Shown here: positions 20,927 to 33,369 of the stretch, in pieces | Layout of the letters: the number at the start of each line of letters is the position of its first letter | How positions within the stretch are numbered: position 1 is the stretch's first letter | NCBI GenBank assembly: GCA_963707895.1 | Contig: CAVPRS010000002.1 | Location: 432,202-496,201 of the forward strand | DNA length: 64,000 bases | Source of the DNA: an uncultured Actinomycetota bacterium | GTDB taxonomy: Bacteria; Actinomycetota; Actinomycetes; Actinomycetales; Dermatophilaceae | Reading direction: 5' to 3' | Translations under genes and position numbers: made by a program | Notes under the pieces: generated by a model | What the model saw: only the letters and a program-made list of their open reading frames with translations | Databases searched by the model: none | What the model was told of the DNA's origin: nothing

Positions 20927-21762
20927 GAGGTGCTCCCCTGGTCCGGGCCGACGCCGGCACGACGCCGACGGAACAGCGCCCGGTCGACCGCCCGGCTGAT
21001 CGCGTCGTCGGCGCCCATGCTCGTCATCCGCGCGCCGCGCACCGTCTCCGAGGCCATCGACCCGGTCGAGTCGCGGATGATCGCGGGCAGGTCGATGACG
21101 TCGAGCACCTCCTCGACGATCCCGATCAGGTCGATCCGGGCGATGACGGCCTCGAGGTCGACCCGCTCGACCGCGGCGTCGAGGTCGACCGTCGCCACGA
21201 TCGCGTCCAGGTCGACCCGCCGGACCGCGGCATCCAGGTCGACCGTCGCCACGATCGCGTCCAGGTCGACCCGCCGGACCGCGGCATCCAGGTCGACCGT
21301 CGCCACGATCGCGTCCAGGTCGACCCGCCGGACCGCGGCATCCAGGTCGACGCGTGCCACCGCGGCGTCGAGGTCGACGGTCGAGACGATCCGGTCGAGG
21401 TCGACGTTGTCCTCGACCAGCCGGGTGAGGTCGAGCCGCTCGACGACCGTCGCGACGATGGCGGGCATCCACACGTCGAGCAGCGACTCGACCTGGCGGG
21501 TCAGCTCCTCACGGTCGGCACCCCCGGTGCGGGCCAGGTCCCCGACGAGCGTCGCGGGGTGGTAGCGCCTGGGCAGCAACGGCGGTCGCCACAACATCCG
21601 CGTCACGGGTGCGGTCAGGTGGTGCACGGTGCGCACCGCGACGATGGCGGCCCCGGCGGTGGCGCCGGCCACACCGAGGGCGACGTCGAGCACCAGCCGC
21701 GCCTCGGGCCCCAGGTGGGGCACCGCGACCGGCCGTCCTGAGGTCGTCAGCTCCTTGGACAC
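20923..21762 (-). CDS. Hypothetical protein with 9-residue (V/I)DLD repeats
   Basis: LDAAVRRVDLDAIVATVD repeats; C-terminal DLPAIIRDSTGSMASE; start uncertain. Confidence 0.7.
   Translation of the reverse strand: MSKELTTSGRPVAVPHLGPEARLVLDVALGVAGATAGAAIVAVRTVHHLTAPVTRMLWRPPLLPRRYHPATLVGDLARTGGADREELTRQVESLLDVWMPAIVATVVERLDLTRLVEDNVDLDRIVSTVDLDAAVARVDLDAAVRRVDLDAIVATVDLDAAVRRVDLDAIVATVDLDAAVRRVDLDAIVATVDLDAAVERVDLEAVIARIDLIGIVEEVLDVIDLPAIIRDSTGSMASETVRGARMTSMGADDAISRAVDRALFRRRRAGVGPDQGSTS
21182..21351. repeat. Three perfect 54-bp tandem repeats (coding, in frame)
   Basis: Unit AGGTCGACCGTCGCCACGATCGCGTCCAGGTCGACCCGCCGGACCGCGGCATCC at 21182, 21236 and 21290. Confidence 0.9.
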
Positions 21763-22012
21763 CGCGCGTACCCGTCTCTCGGAGGCATCAGATCGCACGG
21801 TACCCGCCCGCGGCCCGGCCCGTCAGGGGCTGCCGGGAAACGCACCACGGGTCACCCGGCAGGGGTGAGCACCTGGGGGCTCAGCGGATCTGCCTCGTGA
21901 TCCGCTCGGTGGCGAGCCGGCTCAGCACGGCCATCGCGTCCTTCGCGGCTCCCGCGTCACCGGAGCGAACCCACAGGCTGCTCACGAGGTCCTGCGAGGG
22001 GGGCGAGCGGGG

Positions 22013-24904
<2,892 letters not shown>

Positions 24905-25098
24905 GAGTGGAACTCCCTTGGCGTGACAACATGACGGTCGCTCGACCGGACCTGCCTAGGGTAGTCGAGCCCGAAGCGCCCCACCGACCCGGCGGCGGGC
25001 ACCCTCAAGGGGCAACGCGGCGCACCGCGGCGTGAGTTCCCCCCTGCCCCCGCAGGTGGTTGGGTGGAGGAGTGACCGGTATCCCGTACCCGGGCTGC

Positions 25099-26214
25099 GT
25101 GCCCGAGCTCACCGACGGGGTGGTGCGGCTGCGGGCCCACCGCCCGCAGGACGCCGAGCGGGTCGTGGAGCAGTCCACCGACCCGGAGTCGATGCGCTGG
25201 ACGACGGTGCCGCGTCCCTACGGGCTGGATGACGCGCACGCCTTCCTCGCCGAGATCGAGCGGGACTGGACCGCACCCCGCGGCGTGCGGCGCTGGGCGG
25301 TCACCGACGCGACCGACCCCGACGGCCGCTACCTCGGCACCATCGACCTGCGGCCGGGCGGGGGCGGGGCCGCCGAGGTCGGCTTCGGCCTGCACCCCGA
25401 GGGCCGCGGGTCCGGGTTCATGGCCGGGGCGCTGCGGCTGGCGTCCCGCTGGTGGTTCGGCGAGGGCGGCACCCGCGTGCACTGGCTCGCCGTGCGGGGC
25501 AACTTCGCCTCGTGGCGCGTGGCCTGGTCGTGCGGCTTCAGCCACCACGGCACGATCCCCCAGTCGCACCCAGACCCCGACGACCCGAGCGCCCCGGCAC
25601 TCGACGTGTGGCGCGCCAGCCTGGGTGCCGACGACGTCATGGAGCCCCGCACGCCGTGGGAGGACGTGCCGGTGCTCGAGGCGGAGGAGGCCCACGGCAT
25701 CCGGCTGCGCCCCTGGCGCGACGCCGACGTGACCGCGCTCGAGCCGCGCGACCAGCCCGAGCACTACATGCCCGCCCGCGGGGTGCTCGACGCCGACACC
25801 TTCCCCGAGTGGCTGATGATCCGGCGCGAGCAGATGTCGCTCGGTCGCGTGCTCAGCTGGTGCGCCGCCGACACCACGACGGATGCCGCGCTGGGCGAGG
25901 TGCTCGTGTTCGTCACCGAGGGCACCCTCGACGACGACACCGCCGAGCTCGGCTACCAGGTCGTGCCGAGCGCCCGCGGCCGCGGCGTCGCGAGCAACGG
26001 GGCGCGCACGCTGGTCGCCCACGCCTTCGCGTCCCGCGCCACCGGTGGGCTCGGCATGCGCCGCCTGGTCGCGCAGACGGCCGACGACAACGCCGCGAGC
26101 AACGCCGTGCTCGACCGGCTCGGGTTCACGATCTGGGGGCGCGAGAGCGCCGCCGACGTGCTGCCCGACGGCCGGGCGGTCGACGCCCTGCACTGGGAGC
26201 TGCTGCGCGACTGA
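25099..26214 (+). CDS. Tandem GNAT (RimJ/RimL-like) N-acetyltransferase
   Basis: Two GNAT domains: EVGFGLHPEGRGSG...GNFASWRVA and ELGYQVVPSARGRG...DNAASNAVLDRLGF; start approximate. Confidence 0.85.
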   Translation: MPELTDGVVRLRAHRPQDAERVVEQSTDPESMRWTTVPRPYGLDDAHAFLAEIERDWTAPRGVRRWAVTDATDPDGRYLGTIDLRPGGGGAAEVGFGLHPEGRGSGFMAGALRLASRWWFGEGGTRVHWLAVRGNFASWRVAWSCGFSHHGTIPQSHPDPDDPSAPALDVWRASLGADDVMEPRTPWEDVPVLEAEEAHGIRLRPWRDADVTALEPRDQPEHYMPARGVLDADTFPEWLMIRREQMSLGRVLSWCAADTTTDAALGEVLVFVTEGTLDDDTAELGYQVVPSARGRGVASNGARTLVAHAFASRATGGLGMRRLVAQTADDNAASNAVLDRLGFTIWGRESAADVLPDGRAVDALHWELLRD

Positions 26215-26228
26215 CCCTCGCCGACGCG

Positions 26229-27272
26229 TCAGCCGGTGAGGCCGATGGCGTAGGACCCGAACGACGCACAGGTGCCGCCGATGCCGCACGTGGTGCTGAG
26301 CGAGCCGACCGGGCTGTAGCTGTCGTACTGGACGGTGATGTTCCCGTCCTTGTCGTAGTCGAGGAACTTCAGGTTGATGAAGCCGACCACCCGGTACTGC
26401 GTGTTCGAGCCGTTCCCGGTGACCTTGTCGTACACCGGGAAGGCGAAGGTCTGGCCCTTGACCGTGTCGAGAGCGCTGCGCACCGGACCGGCGTTGATCT
26501 TGTTGCCGGGTGTCCCGTCAACGGTGATCGTCGGCGGGGTGCCGGTGATGGTGAGGTCGATGTCGCACCCGTTGACGATGGCATCGGCCAGCGTCGGCGT
26601 GCCGTTGCCGCCGCAGTCCAGCCATCCCCAGTTGCCCGAGCCGCCGCCCTTGCCCGTGCAGTCGGCCTTCCAGACCTTGTCCACGTCGATGACCTCGATC
26701 GGGTAGGGACTCGAGGTGGCCCGGGACATGATCGCCCTGGCCTCGTCGTCACAGATGGCGAGCGGGAAGGCCCCACCGTTCATGCTCCCGACGACACTGA
26801 GTCCGGCGCTCGCCTGGCGGGTGGCCTTGATCGAGCTGATGCCGGCGAGCCTGCCGAGGGTGGTCGGCACGTCGCGCTGCACGGTGACCTTCACGCGCAG
26901 GATGCCCGCGGCATCGCAGGTCAGTGAGGTCTGCACGTCGACCTGGCCGGTGGAGGACTTCAGGTCGTAGGGCCGGTTGGCGTCGGCCTGCTTCTTCGCG
27001 ATCGCGAGGGCCTGGCCGGCGTCGTTCGAGAGGATCGACGCGCAGGTCGGAGCGACGGCGGCGTTGCTGGAGAGGCCGGTTCGCTTGGCGCCGGCGATGG
27101 CCAGGGCGCCGCTGTCGGCACCGGCGGCGAACGCCTGGGCCTGCGCGTAGGCGATGCCGAGGTCGAGGGTGAAGGCCAGGAGAATCATCATCGGCACCAG
27201 GAGGAGGCCGACGAGCATGGCCACTCCCCCGCGCTCGTCGCGCTGCGCGACCCTTCGGCCGGACCGGTTCAT
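26229..27272 (-). CDS. tadG: TadG-like pilus-associated protein (orphan copy)
   Basis: ERGGVAMLVGLL...DLG...GADSGALA pilin-like N-terminus; Cys-rich C-terminal domain with GNWGWL and GNGSN. Confidence 0.78.
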   Translation of the reverse strand: MNRSGRRVAQRDERGGVAMLVGLLLVPMMILLAFTLDLGIAYAQAQAFAAGADSGALAIAGAKRTGLSSNAAVAPTCASILSNDAGQALAIAKKQADANRPYDLKSSTGQVDVQTSLTCDAAGILRVKVTVQRDVPTTLGRLAGISSIKATRQASAGLSVVGSMNGGAFPLAICDDEARAIMSRATSSPYPIEVIDVDKVWKADCTGKGGGSGNWGWLDCGGNGTPTLADAIVNGCDIDLTITGTPPTITVDGTPGNKINAGPVRSALDTVKGQTFAFPVYDKVTGNGSNTQYRVVGFINLKFLDYDKDGNITVQYDSYSPVGSLSTTCGIGGTCASFGSYAIGLTG

Positions 27273-27778
27273 GAGGTGTACTCGCACTGGAAGTTCCCCT
27301 TCGATCCCAGGTTCACCGAGCTCATGAAGGGCACGGGGAACGGCGGAGACGACGTGTAGCTGAGCTGCACCGCGAGGTCGCTCACGGTCGCGCTGGGCCC
27401 GGACGAGCCCGTACAGGGGAAGGACGAGCTGGCACCGGTGGCGGAGGCCGAGCCGGCGGGGAGCGAGCAGGTGCCGCCCGCGCCGGTCACGGTCACCCCG
27501 ATGCTGAGTGGCGTGGCGCCGACCGCACCGGAGGACGCACCGACGCGGGCCTTGCTGGCCACCTGGCCACAGGTCAGCTTGGCGCCGGCGACGCTCGGCA
27601 GGACTCCGGCCCGGGCGGCATCGCGGGCTGCGGTGTTGTAGGCGATCTGCTGGGCGAAGATGAACCCGAAGTCGATGATCGCGCCGATGATCAGGATGAG
27701 CACCGGCAGCACCAGGGCGAACTCGACCGCCGAAGCGCCCCGTTCCGGACGCCGACGCCCTGAGCGACGAATGTTCAC
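27269..27778 (-). CDS. tadE: TadE-family pseudopilin (orphan copy)
   Basis: ERGASAVEFALVLP...IIDFG...AARDAAR. Confidence 0.88.
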   Translation of the reverse strand: MNIRRSGRRRPERGASAVEFALVLPVLILIIGAIIDFGFIFAQQIAYNTAARDAARAGVLPSVAGAKLTCGQVASKARVGASSGAVGATPLSIGVTVTGAGGTCSLPAGSASATGASSSFPCTGSSGPSATVSDLAVQLSYTSSPPFPVPFMSSVNLGSKGNFQCEYTS

Positions 27779-27801
27779 GCGATCCCTGCCGATCGTTGAC
27801 G

Positions 27802-27825
27802 AGGACCCCGGTCGTCCGGGGTCCT
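27802..27825. promoter_or_regulatory. 10-bp stem hairpin in the leader of orphan tadE
   Basis: AGGACCCCGG-TCGT-CCGGGGTCCT; function unknown. Confidence 0.4.
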
Positions 27826-27932
27826 GCACACGAGTTTGACAGTTCCTGAGAACTTTCTTATCCACCGAACGGTCGAGATGTCCTACCCCACGAGGACGTT
27901 CTCGTCACAGGGGATCCGCGGTGCCACAGGAG

Positions 27933-29147
27933 TCACGACGGGCCGGTCGCCGCCCAGTCGACGGCCGGAAGAGCGAGCCACCCCGCGAGCAGGGCGAGCT
28001 CGGCGTCGAGCTCGGCGCGGTCCTCGGGACCACCCCGCCCCGGCTCCCACGTGCACCGGCGCACGCGCAGCACCCCGGCGGCGCGGTCCGACTTGAGGTC
28101 GACCCGCGCCACGAGGTCCTCGCCGAGCAGGAAGGGCAGCACGTAGTAGCCGTGCACGCGCTGCTCCTCGGGCACGTAGATCTCGAGCCGGAAGTCGAAG
28201 CCGAAGATCGCCCGGGTGCGGTCGCGCTGCCAGACCAGGGAGTCGAACGGCGACAGGAGCGCCCTCGCGGCGACCCGCCGTGGCCGACGGGCGTCGCGGT
28301 GCAGGTAGACCGGCCGGTGCCAGCCCTGCACGGTGGCGGGTAGCAGGGTGCCGTCGGCGACGAGAGCCGCGATCGCCGGCCGGGCCTGCTCGGGCGAGAG
28401 CCGGAAGTAGTCGCGCAGGCACTGCTCCGAGCCGACCCCGTGCGCGCGGGCCGAGATCTCGACCAGCCGGCGGAAGGCCTCGTCCTCGCTGGGCCGGGTG
28501 CTGGGGTCCAGGGCGGGTGCCCGAAGTGCCGGCGGCAGCACCCGGCTCGGCAGCGCGTAGCGACGCTCGAACGAGGTGGTGCGGCCCGCGCTGGACACCT
28601 CGCCGGCCCAGAACAGGTGCTCCAGGGCGTTCTTGACCAGCGACCAGTTCCACCCCCACTGCTCGCGCTCGCGGGGCAGGTCGTGCGCGAGGGCGACCTC
28701 GACCTCCCGGCTGGTCAGCGGGCCACGTCGAGCGACCTCGGCGAGCACGCCGGCGACCAGCTCGGGGTGCTCGTGGGCGACCCCGCGCATGCCGCCCCAG
28801 GCGTCGGAGCCGGCGCGGCGCATCCGGAAGTCGAGGAGCGGCCAGGTCGACGGGGGCACGAGCGACGCCTCGTGGGCCCAGTACTCGACGACCCGCCGCG
28901 GTGCGACGTCGCGGGCCCGGTCGAGCAGGCGCACGGTCGTAGGGGCCGAGACGGGAGAAGAACGGCAGGTACTGGCTGCGCACGACGACGTTGACGCTGT
29001 CGATCTGCACGACCCCGACCGTGTCGACGACCCGTTGCAGGTCGCGGGTGCCGGGCAGCAGCGGGCGCGGCCGCGCGAAGCCCTGGGCCGCGAGCGCGAT
29101 GCGCCGGGCGGCCCGGGTGGAGAGGTGCACGCCGAGCGGCGGGTCAC
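27933..29147 (-). CDS. YcaQ/AlkZ-family winged-helix protein (putative crosslink DNA glycosylase), frameshift near 28935
   Basis: [42 protein letters not shown] and LEIYVP...GYYVLPFL motifs. Confidence 0.88.
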   Translation of the reverse strand: MTRRSACTSPPGPPGASRSRPRASRGRARCCPAPATCNGSSTRSGSCRSTASTSSCAASTCRSSPVSAPTTVRLLDRARDVAPRRVVEYWAHEASLVPPSTWPLLDFRMRRAGSDAWGGMRGVAHEHPELVAGVLAEVARRGPLTSREVEVALAHDLPREREQWGWNWSLVKNALEHLFWAGEVSSAGRTTSFERRYALPSRVLPPALRAPALDPSTRPSEDEAFRRLVEISARAHGVGSEQCLRDYFRLSPEQARPAIAALVADGTLLPATVQGWHRPVYLHRDARRPRRVAARALLSPFDSLVWQRDRTRAIFGFDFRLEIYVPEEQRVHGYYVLPFLLGEDLVARVDLKSDRAAGVLRVRRCTWEPGRGGPEDRAELDAELALLAGWLALPAVDWAATGPS

Positions 29148-29850
29148 TCATCCGTGGGGAGCAGGTGCTGCCGGTGCGCGTAGACCGCGGCCTCGACCCG
29201 CGAGTGCAGGTGGAGCTTCTCGAGGATGTTGCGGACGTGGTTCTTGACGGTGTTCTCGGAGATGACCAGCTCGTCGGCGATCTCGCGGTTGGCGCGACCG
29301 CGGGCCACGAGCCGCAGCACCTCGACCTCGCGGTCGGTGAGCAGCGGTGCGCTGCCCGAGATGGGCTCGGGCTCCTGGCTGAGCCGGGTGAACTCGGTGA
29401 GCAGGGTGGCCGCCATCCCGGGAGGGATGATCGCCTGGCCGTCGTACACCCGGCGGATCGCGTCGGCCACCTCCTCCCCGGGCAGGTCCTTGAGCAGGTA
29501 GCCGCTGGCACCGGCCTTGATCGCCTCGAACAGGTCGGACTCGTCGTCGGACATGGTCAGCATGAGGATGCGGGCCGAGGGCACGGCCTCGCGGATGAGG
29601 CGGCACGCCTCGATGCCGCCGACGCCGGGCATCCGGACGTCCATGAGCACGACCTCGGGGTTGACCCGCTGGCACACCTCGACGGCCTCGGCGCCGTTCG
29701 AGGCCTCGCCGACGACCTGCGCCGTGCCGTCGAGCTCGACGACCACCTGCATCCCGCGCCGGTAGAGGTCGTGGTCGTCGGCGATCATGACCCGGATCGG
29801 GGTCGGCGAAGCAGCGCCGACCACCTCACCAGTCACATCGTCACCGTGCA
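29144..29850 (-). CDS. NarL/LuxR-family response regulator (orphan, at the conserved position between hpf and secA)
   Basis: [18 protein letters not shown] and LTDREVEVL...[16 protein letters not shown] motifs; start approximate. Confidence 0.9.
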
Positions 29851-29907
29851 CGGCCTCATCGTCGCAGGTCCGGGCAGAACCGCCCATACCTACCCCCCAA
29901 GAAACTC

Positions 29908-30567
29908 TCAGGAAGCCGCCGCCTCGACATCCACCGTCTCGCCGCGCTCCGGGATGTCGGCCATCGACCCGTCGAGGTCGAGGTGCAGCACGCCATAGCT
30001 CCAGCCGTGTCGCCGGTAGACGACGCTCGCGCGGTCGGTCTCGACGTCGTGGAAGAGGTAGAAGTCGTGGCCGACGAGCTCCATCTCGCGCAGGGCGTCG
30101 GAGAGCGTCATCGGGGTGGAACGGTGCACCTTCTCGCGGACCTCGACCGGGGAGTCGTCGAACTGGTCGGTGTCGTCGGACCCCAACGCGGCCAGGGCTG
30201 CCTCGGACGGCGCGACGATGCGCGCGGTCGCGCTCGCGACGGACTCGGGGGTACGACGTCCACGGTGGACCTGTCGCCGGTCGTTCTGGCGCCTCAGCCG
30301 CTCCATCAGCTTGTCGATGGCCAGGTCGAGGGCGGCGTACTTGTCCTCGACACACGCCTCGGCCCGCACCACGGGCCCCTTGGCGTAGCAGGTGATCTCG
30401 ACCTTGTCACAGACCTTGGCCTGGCGACGGTTGGGCTCGTGACTGACCAGGACCTCGACCCGGCGGGTGCGGGGCTCGAGCTGGGTGATCTTCTCGAGCT
30501 TCTCCTCGATGTGCGCCCGGAAACGGTCGGAGACGGTCAGGTGCCGTCCGGTGACGACTATGTCCAC
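29908..30567 (-). CDS. hpf: Ribosome hibernation-promoting factor (long HPF)
   Basis: [18 protein letters not shown] and [21 protein letters not shown]...VVYRRHG motifs. Confidence 0.93.
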   Translation of the reverse strand: MDIVVTGRHLTVSDRFRAHIEEKLEKITQLEPRTRRVEVLVSHEPNRRQAKVCDKVEITCYAKGPVVRAEACVEDKYAALDLAIDKLMERLRRQNDRRQVHRGRRTPESVASATARIVAPSEAALAALGSDDTDQFDDSPVEVREKVHRSTPMTLSDALREMELVGHDFYLFHDVETDRASVVYRRHGWSYGVLHLDLDGSMADIPERGETVDVEAAAS

Positions 30568-30646
30568 GTGATCCTCCTCGTGCTGTGGGGTGTCTGCGCT
30601 CAGCAACGGCCGGTCGTCAGGGGCACCACCTCCGGAGGATCGGGGC

Positions 30647-31504
30647 TCATGCACCGACGCTAGTCGGAGGTCCAGTGGGCCACAAGGGCGGGGTCAGGGC
30701 GTGGCGAGGTGTGCTGGCACACGTCGCCGCGACCACGTGCTGGGCACCCGCGTCGAGCAGCGCACGGGCCGCCTCGGCGAGCGTCGCGCCGGTCGTGACG
30801 ACGTCGTCGACGACCACGCACGTGGCCCCCGCGACGACCGCGCGCCACGGCGCGGACACCGCCATGGCACCGGCAAGGTTGTCGGCCCGGGCCCGGCGGT
30901 CGAGGTGCGCCTGGTCGGCGACCCGCCTGGTGTGCACGAGGGCATGGACCACGACCAGGCGGGCTGCGCGCCCCGACGCCGCGCCGCCCGGCGGTGGGCG
31001 ACCCGACGCCGACGGCCCGACGCCGTTGACGGCTGCGACCGCAGCGACGGCCAGGTCACCGACCGGGTCGTCGCCGCGCCGACGACGTGACCCGCGTGAG
31101 GTCGGCACGGGCACGACGAGCACCTCCTCCCCCAGCGCGATCCGCCGACGCACGCCCGGGTCGTGGGTGGCAGCCGAGAGGGCACCTGCCAGCAGGCGCG
31201 CGAGGTCGTCGCGCAGGTCGCGGCGACCCTCGTCCTTGTACGCCGTCACGGCCAGCCGCAGCGCCCCCTCGAAGCGCGCGCCCGCCCGGCACACCGGCAT
31301 CCCCGCAGGCGGCGGCCGCGGATCGACCCGGCCCGCTGCGCCGCCCCGAGCCGCCGAGCGGACGGCCTCGGTGCACGGGCCGCACAGCGGCCCGCCGACC
31401 CCGTGGCACGCGGCGCAGCGCGACGGCAGCACCAGGTCGGCCGCGGCCCGCAGGCCACCGCCCACCACTGCCCACACCACCAGCCATCCCCGTACGAACG
31501 CCAT
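30647..31504 (-). CDS. comF: ComF-family phosphoribosyltransferase
   Basis: CAAC...CGPC zinc ribbon; VPVPTS and VVVDDVVTTGATL motifs. Confidence 0.88.
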   Translation of the reverse strand: MAFVRGWLVVWAVVGGGLRAAADLVLPSRCAACHGVGGPLCGPCTEAVRSAARGGAAGRVDPRPPPAGMPVCRAGARFEGALRLAVTAYKDEGRRDLRDDLARLLAGALSAATHDPGVRRRIALGEEVLVVPVPTSRGSRRRRGDDPVGDLAVAAVAAVNGVGPSASGRPPPGGAASGRAARLVVVHALVHTRRVADQAHLDRRARADNLAGAMAVSAPWRAVVAGATCVVVDDVVTTGATLAEAARALLDAGAQHVVAATCASTPRHALTPPLWPTGPPTSVGA

Positions 31505-31599
31505 GGCCCCAGCCTGCGCGCCGCGACGCGTGGATGCCGCCCCGCCGCTGAGCCTGTGGACGACCGGCTACCCGCGAGGTGCCTGTGGACGACGAGCGG

Positions 31600-33369
31600 T
31601 CAGCCGGCAGCGACGGCGAGGTCGGTGGCGGGGCCGCTGTCGAGCCACTGCGAGCCGGCCCGCCGGTGCAGCCGGCCCGTGGAGGAGACGACCCACAGGT
31701 CGCGCTCGCCACCGGTCGACGCGATGCTCGCGGCGTCGGGCACGGGAGTCAGCGCGCGCACGTCGCCCCCCACCGAGAGCACCACCGGGCGCACCGTCTT
31801 GCCGTCGAGCGACCCGATCGCGGCGAGGGTCCGGTCGTCGAGCCAGGCCAGGCTGGTCGCCTTGGTCACCGAGGCACCGACGCGCAGGGGCTGCGCGAGA
31901 CGCTGCGGCAGGCCGCTGCGTGTTCGGATGATGCCGGCGAGGTCGATCCTCGTGTCGGACCCGTCGAGCTTGGTCGAGAGCACGGCGAGCCGGTCGCCGT
32001 CGGGAGCCACCCGCGACTCGAGGACTCGCCGTCCCTCGAGCCACGCCGCGGTGACCGGGGTGGCGGCGGCACCCGGCTCGGCAGGGTTGACCGTCTGGTC
32101 GACGACCCAGAGCCGCGGGGCCTTGGCGTCCTTGGTGCCGACCCCACCCATCCACAGGTAGCCGCGCTGGTCGTACGACGGGTTGCCGACGTCGGTCGCG
32201 TCGAGCGGGACCTCGTAGCGGTTGGTGCCGCGCCAGCGCGAGATGCCGTTGCCGTCGGGGTCGACGCCGGCCAGCTCGGTGCCGTCGGCCGACAGAGCGA
32301 GCCGGTGGAAGGTGTGCAGCACCTGCGGGTAGGTGCTCGACACCACCGGCTGTCGGGGCTCCTGGTCGCCGAGGGTGTTGGGGTCGAAGACCCCCACGTC
32401 GTCGCCCCGACGCACGACCGGACGGGCGAGGGTGGGGGTGGCCGGGGTCGTGAAGCCGACCTCGGCCAGCGTCGCGGCGGGGCCGTCGAGGCCCGTGATG
32501 TTGACCGGCACGCCGTCGACCGACAGCTCGACGCCGGAGACCCCGGTGTCCTGGGTCAGGGTGCTCACGAACTGCGCCCACAGGTTCTGCCGCGTGCTCT
32601 CGCCGCCGCTCAGCTGGCCCGAGATCAGGTTGACGGTCGCGATGCCGTTCTCGATCGACACGGCCTCGCCCAGCAGGCGGGCGCCGGCCGGGACGGAGGT
32701 GACGGCGGCGTCGACGAGGTGCGGCGGCACGGGTGCGAGCTGGGCCCGGGCCAGCCGGGTCGCGAGCTTGTCGACCGGGAACCACCGGGTGTCCGACACG
32801 AGCCCGCGCTGGCTGGTCGACACGTAGTGCACGTCGTAGGGCTGCACGAGGCTCGACGCCTGCGAACGGGCGATCCACCGTCCGAAGCCCTTGGGCATCT
32901 CATTGATCCGCCACTCACCGCCCACCGTGGTCAGGCCGAAGGTCGCCGTGACGGTGCTGCCCGGACGGGCCGCCGTGTAGCGGCCCTGCTCGTCGATCGT
33001 CCCGGCGGCGTTCGCGGTGATGCGCACCGTCGCGGGGTCGAGCAGCGTCGCCTTGGGTGCCACGTCGTCGGCCAGGAGCACGAGGGTGGTGTCGGGCTTC
33101 CACTGCTCGCTCATCTGGGCCGTGAGGAAGGCCTTGGCGTTGTCGTACTGGGCGTCGCTCGCCTGCGCGGCGCGCACGAAGCCGCGCACGATCTGGTCCT
33201 GCCCGACACCCGGCGCCGGACCCGGCGGCAGGGCGCGCAGCACCGGGGAGTTGCCGCTGCCGACCTCGAGCCCCGGCTCGACCGGGCCGTCGTGCGAGAG
33301 GCCTCCGCACCCGGCCAGCAGGAGCACGGCGAGCGCGCCGAGCGCCGCCCGGGCCCGCCGGCCGCTCAC
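31600..33369 (-). CDS. lpqB: Lipoprotein LpqB (GerMN plus beta-propeller)
   Basis: Lipobox LAGC; IVRGFV..A; directly downstream of mtrB. Confidence 0.9.
   Translation of the reverse strand: MSGRRARAALGALAVLLLAGCGGLSHDGPVEPGLEVGSGNSPVLRALPPGPAPGVGQDQIVRGFVRAAQASDAQYDNAKAFLTAQMSEQWKPDTTLVLLADDVAPKATLLDPATVRITANAAGTIDEQGRYTAARPGSTVTATFGLTTVGGEWRINEMPKGFGRWIARSQASSLVQPYDVHYVSTSQRGLVSDTRWFPVDKLATRLARAQLAPVPPHLVDAAVTSVPAGARLLGEAVSIENGIATVNLISGQLSGGESTRQNLWAQFVSTLTQDTGVSGVELSVDGVPVNITGLDGPAATLAEVGFTTPATPTLARPVVRRGDDVGVFDPNTLGDQEPRQPVVSSTYPQVLHTFHRLALSADGTELAGVDPDGNGISRWRGTNRYEVPLDATDVGNPSYDQRGYLWMGGVGTKDAKAPRLWVVDQTVNPAEPGAAATPVTAAWLEGRRVLESRVAPDGDRLAVLSTKLDGSDTRIDLAGIIRTRSGLPQRLAQPLRVGASVTKATSLAWLDDRTLAAIGSLDGKTVRPVVLSVGGDVRALTPVPDAASIASTGGERDLWVVSSTGRLHRRAGSQWLDSGPATDLAVAAG

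Noticed and set aside
21182-21351. Tandem repeats as a possible CRISPR array
   Set aside because: No unique spacers, unit is a multiple of 3 and in frame in a protein, and no cas genes are present.
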